Translations under genes and position numbers: made by a program
Source: Bacteroidota bacterium
GTDB taxonomy: Bacteria > Bacteroidota > Ignavibacteria > UBA10030 > UBA8401
Direction of reading: 5' to 3'
DNA length: 64,000 bases
Assembly: GCA_005792285.1 (NCBI GenBank)
Contig: SXSI01000020.1
Span: 1,327-65,326, forward strand
The notes under the pieces: generated by a model
Told to the model about the DNA's origin: nothing
Seen by the model: only the letters and a program-made list of their open reading frames with translations
Databases searched by the model: none
In this document: one piece after another, positions 38,710 to 47,215 of the stretch
Numbering within the stretch: position 1 is the stretch's first letter
Layout: every line of letters starts with the position of its first letter

Positions 38710-38982
38710 TTGATGGAACAAAAAGATATTGACAGAATCATTGAAATGGCATGGGAAGACAGAACACCTTTTGAAGCCATAAAAATACAATTTGATTTTT
38801 CAGAAGCAGATGTAATTGCACTTATGCGAAGAGAATTAAAGCACAGCAGTTTTAATTTATGGCGAAAGAGAGTAAACAGTGGTGTTAGCCAAAAGCATGC
38901 ACAAAAAAGAAATCCTAAGATAGAACGTTTTAAATCCAGCTTGCAAAAATCCATTTCTATGAATAAAATTAGCAAGTGGTAA
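38710..38982 (+). CDS. TIGR03643/DUF2805-like small protein (usual partner of CRY-DASH photolyase genes)
   Basis: MAWEDRTPFEAIKIQFDFSEADVIALMRRELKHSSFNLWRKRV... matches the conserved core of that family as I recall it. It ends 1 nt before the photolyase-family gene. Confidence 0.55.
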   Translation: MMEQKDIDRIIEMAWEDRTPFEAIKIQFDFSEADVIALMRRELKHSSFNLWRKRVNSGVSQKHAQKRNPKIERFKSSLQKSISMNKISKW

Positions 38983-38983
38983 A

Positions 38984-40084
38984 ATGAAAGCCAATTTTGC
39001 AAGTGATTACAAAACTATTCTCCAAAAAATTGATCAAGTTAATCCGGTTCAGTATGGCAAAACCAGGAATTATCTTAATGGAGCAGTTACCTATTTATCA
39101 CCCTACATATCACGAGGTGTTATCAGTACCAAACAGGTGCTTAACCAGATGTTAGTAAAGGGATTTGAATTGCATCAGATAGAACAATTTGCAAAGGAGT
39201 TATGCTGGCGGGATTATTTTCAGAGAGTAGGACAACATAAAGATTTACACAAAGATATCCGACAACAACAGCAAAGAGTGTCGAATAATGAATTGCCTAT
39301 TCAGGTTTTAAATGCAAGCATAGGAATTGAAGGAATTGATAACGCCATTCAACAATTATACGACACCGGATACATGCACAATCACTGCAGAATGTATACA
39401 GCTTCGTTAGTATGTAATATTGCCCAATCACATTGGTATAAGCCCGCGCAATGGATGTATTACTACTTGCTTGATGGAGATTGGGCTAGTAACTATTGCA
39501 GTTGGCAATGGGTAGCAGGCACCAATAGCAGTAAAAAATATTATGCCAATCAGGAAAACATCAACAAGTTCACTGCAACCAATCAATCTAACACCTACCT
39601 CGATAAACCATATGAATTTTTGGAAACAATGGATACCCCTACTCCATTATTGACCACTCAAAATTTTGAACCTAAAATAAATTTGCCTGTAGCTTCAGCA
39701 ATAAACATAAATGAGGCACTGCCAGCTTTTATTTACAATTACTATAATCTCGATCCGCTTTGGCATAAAGATGAACAAGGCAACAGAATTTTATTGATTG
39801 AACCCGATTTTTTTTCAAAATATCCAGTAAGTAAAACCTGTATAGAATTTATGCTGGCATTGAGCAAAAATATTCCTGGCATACAAGTATTTGTTGGTTC
39901 TTTTCAATCCTTTGCCAACAGGTACAACTTAAGAACTATTTATTACAAAGAACATCCACTTAATATCGGCTACATAGGAAATGAAGAACCAAGGGAATGG
40001 ATTGCCGAAAATGTTACGGAATACTATCCATCATTTTTTGGATATTGGAAAAAAGTAGAGAAGCAATTAAACACATTTAAATAA
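38984..40084 (+). CDS. Photolyase/cryptochrome-superfamily protein with inverted domain order (NewPHL-like): FAD-binding domain N-terminal, alpha/beta domain C-terminal
   Basis: The N-terminal 200 aa carry the photolyase FAD-binding-domain signatures (TYLSPYISRGVIS; ELCWRDYFQ; DTGYMHNHCRMYTASLVCN...WYKPAQWMYYYLLDGDWASNYCSWQWVAGTNSS). The C-terminal about 150 aa (NRILLIEPDFF...FMLALSKNIPGIQVFVGSF...YKEHPLN) fit the pattern of the photolyase N-terminal alpha/beta domain. No room exists upstream for a canonical N-domain. Confidence 0.6.
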   Translation: MKANFASDYKTILQKIDQVNPVQYGKTRNYLNGAVTYLSPYISRGVISTKQVLNQMLVKGFELHQIEQFAKELCWRDYFQRVGQHKDLHKDIRQQQQRVSNNELPIQVLNASIGIEGIDNAIQQLYDTGYMHNHCRMYTASLVCNIAQSHWYKPAQWMYYYLLDGDWASNYCSWQWVAGTNSSKKYYANQENINKFTATNQSNTYLDKPYEFLETMDTPTPLLTTQNFEPKINLPVASAININEALPAFIYNYYNLDPLWHKDEQGNRILLIEPDFFSKYPVSKTCIEFMLALSKNIPGIQVFVGSFQSFANRYNLRTIYYKEHPLNIGYIGNEEPREWIAENVTEYYPSFFGYWKKVEKQLNTFK

Positions 40085-40088
40085 ACAA

Positions 40089-40697
40089 ATGCTAATTCGT
40101 AAAAAAGAAATAGAACAATTAGAGCAGCGTTATAGAACAGCATTTATCAACTCATTAGCAGGTTTTAGACAAGCGGTATTGGTAGGAACTAAATCAATTG
40201 ACGGAAATAACAATTTAGCTATCTTTAATTCACTTATTCATTTAGGCGCTAATCCAGCATTATTTGGTTTAATAAACCGACCTGATAGCGTGCAGAGAGA
40301 TACACTCCAAAATATATTAGATACCAAAGAGTATACCCTAAATTTTGTGAATGCTGAAGCTTACAAAAAAGCACATCAAACTTCGGCTAGGTATGAGAAA
40401 GGAGTTTCTGAATTTGAAAAAGTTGGCTTAACGCCTCAATATCAGGAAGCTTGTAGTGCTCCATTTGTAGGAGAAGCTGTGGTAAAAATCGCAATGAAAT
40501 TAGAAGAAATAATTCCAATAAAAATTAACGGAACGATACTTATTGTGGGTAGTATTATGGAGGTAAATTTAAGTGATGAACTTGTTGGCGATGATGGATT
40601 TGTAAATTTATCTGCAGCGGATGTTTTAATTAGTCAGGGATTAGACGCCTATTATACTTCCAACCCGATTGGCCGATTGCCATATGCAAAACCATAA
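40089..40697 (+). CDS. Flavin reductase-like (FMN-binding split-barrel) protein
   Basis: 202 aa. ...AFINSLAGFRQAVLVGTKS...NLAIFNSL... resembles the PF01613 flavin-reductase core. 4-nt gap from the upstream gene. Confidence 0.6.
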   Translation: MLIRKKEIEQLEQRYRTAFINSLAGFRQAVLVGTKSIDGNNNLAIFNSLIHLGANPALFGLINRPDSVQRDTLQNILDTKEYTLNFVNAEAYKKAHQTSARYEKGVSEFEKVGLTPQYQEACSAPFVGEAVVKIAMKLEEIIPIKINGTILIVGSIMEVNLSDELVGDDGFVNLSAADVLISQGLDAYYTSNPIGRLPYAKP

Positions 40698-40726
40698 ACG
40701 AATAAATAAACTCCTCTTCCTTAACA

Positions 40727-40876
40727 ATGAAAAAGATTAAAAAAGAATTTTTACCTCAAAAGATTTGTGTAGTTTGTAAAAGATCTTTTAGCTGGCGTAA
40801 AAAATGGGAAAAGGTTTGGGATGAAGTAAAATATTGTAGTGATAAATGTAGAATGAATAAAAAACAACATGAGTAA
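40727..40876 (+). CDS. DUF2256 zinc-ribbon small protein (49 aa), unannotated in the ORF track
   Basis: [49 protein letters not shown]. The CxxC...WRKKW...YCSxxCR pattern is characteristic of DUF2256, a family that co-occurs with photolyase genes. Confidence 0.6.
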   Translation: MKKIKKEFLPQKICVVCKRSFSWRKKWEKVWDEVKYCSDKCRMNKKQHE

Positions 40877-41561
40877 AACAGGTATTGTATTTCCACATCA
40901 ATTGTTTGAGCAAAATATTTTGGCATCAACATGCAATACGATATATCTGATAGAAGAGTGGCTCTACTTCAGGCAATATAATTTTCACAAAAGGAAAATT
41001 GCCTTTCATAGATCCAGTATGAAGTTTTATGAAAGTTATTTACAGTCAAAAAAAATAAAAGTAGTATACATTGATGCATTTAATGAATCTATTTTAAAAG
41101 CTACTGGGAAATATTGGGAAAAATGGTTTTCTATAATTTTAAAAGTCGGCGGTAAAAAACTTTCTCGCCAGGAAATAGTTTTAGTTCTACATAAATATTT
41201 AAAGGGGACAGGTTGGTGGGAACAGATGATTACTGTTCAATTCGATAAAAAATATAAGAATAGAGCTTTATATCAATCTGGTAAAACTTTTAAAGTTTCT
41301 ATCAGCAAAGTATTTAATTTTCCAATCGAAAGAGTTTTTGATAGCTGGATAAATAAACCAGTAATTTCAAAATGGCTTACAAATAAAAGTTTTACTATTC
41401 GAAAATCAACTTCCCAAAAATCACTTCGGTTAATTTGGGTTGATTATAAAACATTCGTAGATGTTGACTTTTATGTAAAAGCAAAGGGGAAACAACTGTC
41501 GTTGTGCAATTTTCAAAACTACCTTCTGCAGATGAATGTGAAAAGAAAAAGGTGTTTATGA
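40869..41561 (+). CDS. Chimeric ORF: N-terminal remnant of a COG3046 (FeS-BCP / 6-4-photolyase-related) gene fused in-frame to an SRPBCC-domain protein (likely start of the intact part at M120, nt 41226)
   Basis: Residues 1-75 ([11 protein letters not shown]...[34 protein letters not shown]...[10 protein letters not shown]) match the N-terminal alpha/beta domain of the COG3046 family as I recall it (LVL.LGDQL...HKKKIAF..SAMRHF...YR.RY.R.DD). From MITVQ... onward ([26 protein letters not shown]...) it reads as an SRPBCC/AHSA1-like domain. No FAD-binding domain follows. Confidence 0.4.
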   Translation: MSKTGIVFPHQLFEQNILASTCNTIYLIEEWLYFRQYNFHKRKIAFHRSSMKFYESYLQSKKIKVVYIDAFNESILKATGKYWEKWFSIILKVGGKKLSRQEIVLVLHKYLKGTGWWEQMITVQFDKKYKNRALYQSGKTFKVSISKVFNFPIERVFDSWINKPVISKWLTNKSFTIRKSTSQKSLRLIWVDYKTFVDVDFYVKAKGKQLSLCNFQNYLLQMNVKRKRCL

Positions 41562-41605
41562 AACGAGCAAACTATAAATTAGAAAAGTTGCTTTCAAAAT
41601 AAAAT

Positions 41606-42196
41606 ATGATAACTCGAAATCAAGCTATAGAACTTCTTCATTCAAAAATGAGCAGTGTTAATTTACGCCGACATTGTTATGCAGTTGAAACTTCAATGCG
41701 AGCACTTTATAATACTTTGGAAGTTCCATCGCTTGGATATAATTCTGAAAGAGAAGAAGTTTGGGCAATCACTGGATTGTTACATGATGGTGATTATGAA
41801 TTTGTACAAAAAGATTTAACTCGCCACACTCATCAAATTGTTGAATGGCTAATTCCACTTGGTGCTTCAGAAGAAATAACTCATGCAATACTTTCCCATG
41901 GTTGGCAATATATCGATGGAAATCCTGAACCATCAACATTACTTGAATGGTCTTTATATTGTTGCGATGAATTAACAGGATTAATTGTTGCAGTTGCGCT
42001 TGTCAAGCCTGATAAAAAATTGAATTCGGTAACTTTAGAGTCTGTCCAAAATAAATGGAATGCAAAAGGATTTGCTGCCGGCGCGAAAAGATCGCAAATA
42101 GAATTGTGTGAAGAGAAGTTAAAAATTCCACTTCGTGATTTTATTGCAATCGTACTTCAGTCAATGCAAAAAATATCCAGCGATATTGGTTTGTAG
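41606..42196 (+). CDS. HD-domain phosphohydrolase
   Basis: H...HD metal-binding motif (RRHCYAVETSMRALY ... ITGLLHDGDYE) and a later D (CCDELTG); 196 aa. Confidence 0.6.
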   Translation: MITRNQAIELLHSKMSSVNLRRHCYAVETSMRALYNTLEVPSLGYNSEREEVWAITGLLHDGDYEFVQKDLTRHTHQIVEWLIPLGASEEITHAILSHGWQYIDGNPEPSTLLEWSLYCCDELTGLIVAVALVKPDKKLNSVTLESVQNKWNAKGFAAGAKRSQIELCEEKLKIPLRDFIAIVLQSMQKISSDIGL

Positions 42197-42298
42197 TTTT
42201 GCAAACAGCTCTATTTTGTTGTTACTAAAATAATTTTGATATATTTTCTTTTCTATTATAATTCTAAATAATCATAAACTACAATTAAGGAGTATTTA

Positions 42299-44155
42299 AT
42301 GAAAAAGTTATTATTTATAATTTGTCTCTCTTCTGTAACAATTCTTTATTCACAACAGTTTGACGTTAAACAACATTACAATAAAAAAGAATTTATGATT
42401 ACGATGAGGGATGGAGTAAAACTTTTTACTTCTGTTTATACTCCAAAAGATTCAACTCAACAATTTCCCATAATGTTTAATCGAACACCATATAGCGTTG
42501 CGCCTTACGGTGAAGATAAATATCGCGGAATGGTTGGTCCAACACAATTATTTGCAGATGAAAAATATATTTTTGTTCATCAAGATGTACGTGGTCGATA
42601 TATGTCTGAAGGTGATTTTGAAATGATGCGCGCACAAAAGAAAAATAAAACTTCTAAAAATGATATTGATGAAAGTTCCGATACTTACGATGCGATTGAT
42701 TGGTTGGTTAAAAATATTCCAAACAATAATGGTAAAGTTGGTATGTGGGGAATTTCTTTTCCTGGTTTTTATTCCGCTGTTGGGACTTTAAGCAATCATC
42801 CCGCTTTAATTGCAACTTCTCCGCAAGCACCAATGAACGACACTTATCTTGGTGATGACTTTCATCATAATGGTGTGTTTTTTCTTCCACATGCATTTGG
42901 ATTTTTGAATGGATTTAAAAGAGAAAGAAGTGGACCAACTCAACAATACAAACCTGGAATTCAATTTGGAACTGAAGATGGATATAAATTTTTTCTTGAA
43001 ATGGGTGCACTGAAAAATGCAAATAAAAAATATTTTCACGACTCGTTATCAATTTGGAATGAACAGATGGCACATGGCAATTATGATGATTATTGGAAAA
43101 GCCAAAATGTTGCAGCACACTTTAATAATTTTAAACCGGTGACTATGATTGTTGGCGGTTGGTACGATTCAGAAGATTTGTACGGTCCATTAAAACTTTA
43201 TGAAGCTGGCGAAAAATCTGTTCCACAAAATACCTATATAGTAATGGGACCTTGGACGCATGGTGGTTGGGCAAGAAGTAATGGCGATACGCTCGGAGAT
43301 ATTCGATGGGAACAAAAAGCTTCTTTGTGGTTTAGAGAAAATATTGAACTTCCATTCTTCAATTATTATTTAAAAGGAAAAGGAACAAACCCTCTTGCGG
43401 AAGCAACTATTTTTGAAACTGGTGGTTACAAGTGGCATAGGTTTAATGAATATCCTCCTGCAAATAGTAAATCAGAAAATTTTTATTTGCAATCTGATGG
43501 CTCAATTTCAAAAACAGCTTCAAAAAATAAAAATTCTTTTTCTGAATATGTTAATGATCCAAATAAGCCGGTCCCATTTACTCAAGATATTTCAATTAGT
43601 ATGGGAACCTTATACAAAGTTGAAGATCAGAGATTTGCTTCGCGTCGACCGGATGTAATTACTTTTCAAACAGAAATATTAAACGATGAATTAACTTTTG
43701 TGGGAGCAATTACTGCACATATTTCCGGTTCAACAAGTGGAACAGATTGCGATTGGGTCGTAAAAGTTATTGATGTTTATCCCGATTCTGCAAAAGATAC
43801 AAAACCAAATCCGAGAAAAGCTAAAATGAGCGGATATCAACAACTTGTACGCGCTGAAATTATGCGTTCAAAATATCGCGATGGAAATTGGTCAAATCCA
43901 AAAGCTATGATTCCAAATAAAATCACCAAAGTTGAATTTGAGTTGCAAGATATAATGCACACATTCAAACGTGGTCACAGACTAATGATTCAAATACAAA
44001 GTAGTTGGTTCCCGATTGCAGATAGAAACCCCGGTAAGTTTTTAGATATTTATAATGCTGATGATAGTGATTTTCAGAAAACCACTCAACGAGTTTATCA
44101 TTCAACAGAAAATCAAACGTACATTTCTGTGCGTACAATGAAGTTAGATAAATAA
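42299..44155 (+). CDS. Secreted S15-family peptidase / CocE-NonD family hydrolase (Xaa-Pro dipeptidyl-peptidase-like)
   Basis: Signal peptide. Alpha/beta-hydrolase part with a GxSxxG nucleophile elbow (VGMWGISFPGFYSA). Large C-terminal beta-sandwich typical of the CocE/NonD family. 618 aa. Confidence 0.6.
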   Translation: MKKLLFIICLSSVTILYSQQFDVKQHYNKKEFMITMRDGVKLFTSVYTPKDSTQQFPIMFNRTPYSVAPYGEDKYRGMVGPTQLFADEKYIFVHQDVRGRYMSEGDFEMMRAQKKNKTSKNDIDESSDTYDAIDWLVKNIPNNNGKVGMWGISFPGFYSAVGTLSNHPALIATSPQAPMNDTYLGDDFHHNGVFFLPHAFGFLNGFKRERSGPTQQYKPGIQFGTEDGYKFFLEMGALKNANKKYFHDSLSIWNEQMAHGNYDDYWKSQNVAAHFNNFKPVTMIVGGWYDSEDLYGPLKLYEAGEKSVPQNTYIVMGPWTHGGWARSNGDTLGDIRWEQKASLWFRENIELPFFNYYLKGKGTNPLAEATIFETGGYKWHRFNEYPPANSKSENFYLQSDGSISKTASKNKNSFSEYVNDPNKPVPFTQDISISMGTLYKVEDQRFASRRPDVITFQTEILNDELTFVGAITAHISGSTSGTDCDWVVKVIDVYPDSAKDTKPNPRKAKMSGYQQLVRAEIMRSKYRDGNWSNPKAMIPNKITKVEFELQDIMHTFKRGHRLMIQIQSSWFPIADRNPGKFLDIYNADDSDFQKTTQRVYHSTENQTYISVRTMKLDK

Positions 44156-44173
44156 ATATTTTTTAATTTGGAA

Positions 44174-44875
44174 CTATTTTTTATTCCGCCAACTGCGAAA
44201 TGTTACTTCGCCATGTGGCATGTCTCCTTCCGGGATATGAAAACTTTCTTTCATCTCTTTCCAGAATCCCGGATTGTACTTCATATTAATTAATGCAATA
44301 ATAATCATTGTAAGAACCGCACCCCCTCCAGCGAGTAACATATCTTTTTGCGAATCCCAAATATCTCCCTGACTTCCAAGAAATGCAATCCCGGCAGATG
44401 GTTCTGCAATTGAAGCAACTAACCACTCAATAATTTCAAACAAAGCGGAAAGAGAAAGTGTGAGATCCAAAGGAAGATAATAAGCCCAAATTCCTTTTAC
44501 GGTTGCAAGACGGACAAAAACTTCTCGAACTGGATATGCGAGTAAAAATCCAAATAAAAAATGGACGAGGCGATCGTACATATTTCTATTTGAGCCGAAC
44601 CAAGCTTGTAATGTGTAACCAAATGGAACTTCGGCATAAGTGTAATGAGAACCGACAACATGGAGTATCATAAAAATTGTTATTAACGTGTAAGAAGAAT
44701 TTGAAAAACGAAAATATTTTCCCGTTAGCAAAATAATTGGAGTAAAAATAAAAACAAGATAATTTTCTAACAACCAATCTCCAGGATGTTTGGGATTTAT
44801 TGCCGCCCATAACCAAACTCCAAGAAATGAATAAAGTAATATTTGCTGATAGACGGATGGAATATATTTTTTCAT
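44174..44875 (-). CDS. Inner-membrane protein, possibly DUF2238 (YjdF-like)
   Basis: 233 aa, 5-6 TM helices, conserved-looking HVVGSHYTYAEVPFG segment; family assignment from memory only. Confidence 0.35.
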   Translation of the reverse strand: MKKYIPSVYQQILLYSFLGVWLWAAINPKHPGDWLLENYLVFIFTPIILLTGKYFRFSNSSYTLITIFMILHVVGSHYTYAEVPFGYTLQAWFGSNRNMYDRLVHFLFGFLLAYPVREVFVRLATVKGIWAYYLPLDLTLSLSALFEIIEWLVASIAEPSAGIAFLGSQGDIWDSQKDMLLAGGGAVLTMIIIALINMKYNPGFWKEMKESFHIPEGDMPHGEVTFRSWRNKK

Positions 44876-45061
44876 AATAGCCTCCGATTATTTACAAAAA
44901 CAACCTGTTTAATTATAATTTTAACAGGATTTAATATTCTATTTAAGCTTAACCAATTTTCATAAAAGTAGTCAACTAAAAATTAGATCATAATTATACT
45001 TGGAAATGAAGCATTATCAGTAGAAATTCATCTTCAAAATTATAAACGAAAGAAAATAAAA

Positions 45062-47197
45062 ATGTTAACCAAAATTATTTTATTAATAATATTGTTCACA
45101 AACTTTTCAAGCGGTGGTGAAATTTTAAAACCAATACCAACTTCTGTGAAACCAATAATAGATGGGAATTTAGATGACGATGTTTGGAAGAATGCAGTAA
45201 TGGTTACTGGCTTCAGAACATTTATTCCTGATTTTGGAAAAGTAATGCCGGAATCAACTGTTGTATTAACTTCGTACGACAAAGAAAATTTATATTTTGC
45301 CTTTAAATGTTTCGATCCAGATCCAAAAACAATTAAAGCAGAAATTACAAATAGAGATAATTTGCGACCTCATGATTGGGTTTGTATAAATCTTGATTCA
45401 TTTAACGATAAACAAACTATTTATGGGTTTTATGTAAATCCACTTGGAATTCAAGCAGATAGCAAATTTGCAGCACAAGCGGAAGATCATGGCGTAGATT
45501 TTGTTTGGTACAGTGCCGGGAAAATTCATAACGAAGGTTATAATATTGAAATCCAAATTCCATTTAAAAGTATTAGATATAAAGATACAAATCCAGTTAC
45601 AATGTCAGTGGTTTTTGAAAGAAGAGTAAGTCGCAGATCTGAACAAGCAACTTACCCAGCGCTCGATCCGAAAAAAGGATATCAATTTTTAATTCAAATG
45701 TTACCGATGGAATTTTCTGATATTGAGCATTACACTTTGTTCGAGTTAATTCCTTCAACAACATTAAATAATAAATTTAAATCAGTTAATAATAATTTGG
45801 TAAAAGATTTTTCTAAAAATGAAATTAGCTTAACATCAAAATATGGGATTACTTCGGATTTAATTTTAGATGCAACTTACAATCCCGATTTCAGTCAAGT
45901 CGAAGCTGACGCCGGACAAGTAGATTTAAATTTACGTTACGGATTATTTTTTCCTGAAAAGCGTCCATTTTTTTTAGAAGGATCAGAAATTTTTAATCTC
46001 GCTGGAACTTCTCACGATCGTATGGCTGTTCACACAAGAACCATTGTTAATCCGAAAGTTGGCTTAAAACTTACAGGAAAACTTTCCGATAAATCTACAA
46101 TTGCATCTATTTTTGCTGTTGATGAATTATTAGATGCAAACTCAAACACAACTGGCAGCACTGCAACTTTCCCAATAATTCGATATAAATATTCGTTAGA
46201 AGATGACAGCTATTTGGGTGGAATTTATACAGGCAGAGAAATGGATAATCACTATAATAGAGTTGCAGGAGTTGATGGAATGATTCGTGTTACGCCATCA
46301 AGTTTCGCTACTTATCAAACATTATTTTCTGAAACTAAATTGAACGATTCAACTCAAAATAGTTTTGGCAATTCGTATCTATTAAGTTATAGATATACAA
46401 CTCGAGATTTGGATTATCATATTGCCGCCTCGAATGTTTCAAAAAATTATTCTGCTGAAGCCGGATATCAAACACGTACAGGTATTTTTTCTATTTCTGG
46501 TGGATACACTCCAAAATTTTATACTTCTTCAGCGTTGGTGAAAAGATTTGATCTTGATTTTTATTCGGTACAGACTAAAGATTCATTTTCTGATCTTTGG
46601 GAATATTATAATTCAATTAATATTAAATTGTTTGTACTTAATAATTTAAATTTTTCAACACGGTTTAATTATTCAACGGAAATATTTAATTCTAAAAAAT
46701 TTGAAACAAGTGGCTTTAATGTGACTGGTGGGGGACAATTTACAAAACAGTTGAATGTTTCACTTAATTATAGAATTAGTAAATCAATTAATTATTCGGA
46801 GTCTTATCAGGGTTATAATAGTAGAATTAATACAAATATAACTTTTCAACCTTGGAATCAACTCGATGTAAATTTGAATGCAACACATGTTGCCTTTTAC
46901 AAAACAGCAGATAATTCTAAAATTTATGAGTATCCAATTTTCCGTGGAAAATTAACATACCAACTGAACCAATATTTCTTTTTGCGCGGGATCACTGAAT
47001 ACAACGATTACAAACGAACTTTACTTACTGATTTTTTAAGTTCATTCACATATATTCCTTTTACAACTTTATATGTTGGTTATGGTTCTTTATATCAAAA
47101 AAATGTTGATGATGTAAATAATAATTATTCTTCAACTGAATTTTTGGAAATGAAAAGAGGGTTGTTTATTAAAGCTTCGTATTTGTGGAGAATGTAA
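45062..47197 (+). CDS. Secreted/outer-membrane protein with an N-terminal CBM9-like domain and a beta-rich C-terminal region (DUF5916-like)
   Basis: Signal peptide. IDGNLDDDVWKNAVMVTGF... matches the CBM9-like start. The C-terminal 400 aa are rich in alternating Tyr/Ser/Asn/Thr strands and end in an aromatic-rich segment (ASYLWRM), suggesting an outer-membrane barrel. Confidence 0.4.
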   Translation: MLTKIILLIILFTNFSSGGEILKPIPTSVKPIIDGNLDDDVWKNAVMVTGFRTFIPDFGKVMPESTVVLTSYDKENLYFAFKCFDPDPKTIKAEITNRDNLRPHDWVCINLDSFNDKQTIYGFYVNPLGIQADSKFAAQAEDHGVDFVWYSAGKIHNEGYNIEIQIPFKSIRYKDTNPVTMSVVFERRVSRRSEQATYPALDPKKGYQFLIQMLPMEFSDIEHYTLFELIPSTTLNNKFKSVNNNLVKDFSKNEISLTSKYGITSDLILDATYNPDFSQVEADAGQVDLNLRYGLFFPEKRPFFLEGSEIFNLAGTSHDRMAVHTRTIVNPKVGLKLTGKLSDKSTIASIFAVDELLDANSNTTGSTATFPIIRYKYSLEDDSYLGGIYTGREMDNHYNRVAGVDGMIRVTPSSFATYQTLFSETKLNDSTQNSFGNSYLLSYRYTTRDLDYHIAASNVSKNYSAEAGYQTRTGIFSISGGYTPKFYTSSALVKRFDLDFYSVQTKDSFSDLWEYYNSINIKLFVLNNLNFSTRFNYSTEIFNSKKFETSGFNVTGGGQFTKQLNVSLNYRISKSINYSESYQGYNSRINTNITFQPWNQLDVNLNATHVAFYKTADNSKIYEYPIFRGKLTYQLNQYFFLRGITEYNDYKRTLLTDFLSSFTYIPFTTLYVGYGSLYQKNVDDVNNNYSSTEFLEMKRGLFIKASYLWRM

Positions 47198-47215
47198 TTT
47201 TATTCTGTAGATGTT

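Noticed and set aside
38697-39002. 101-aa minus-strand ORF overlapping the TIGR03643-like gene
   Set aside because: It overlaps a plus-strand ORF that has a conserved family signature (MAWEDRTPFEAI…WRKRV). Its own translation is Phe/Cys/Leu-rich.
43395-43658. 87-aa plus-strand ORF inside the S15 peptidase gene, and 42708..43118 minus-strand ORFs
   Set aside because: Nested within a 618-aa ORF with coherent alpha/beta-hydrolase and beta-sandwich organisation; translations are low-complexity.
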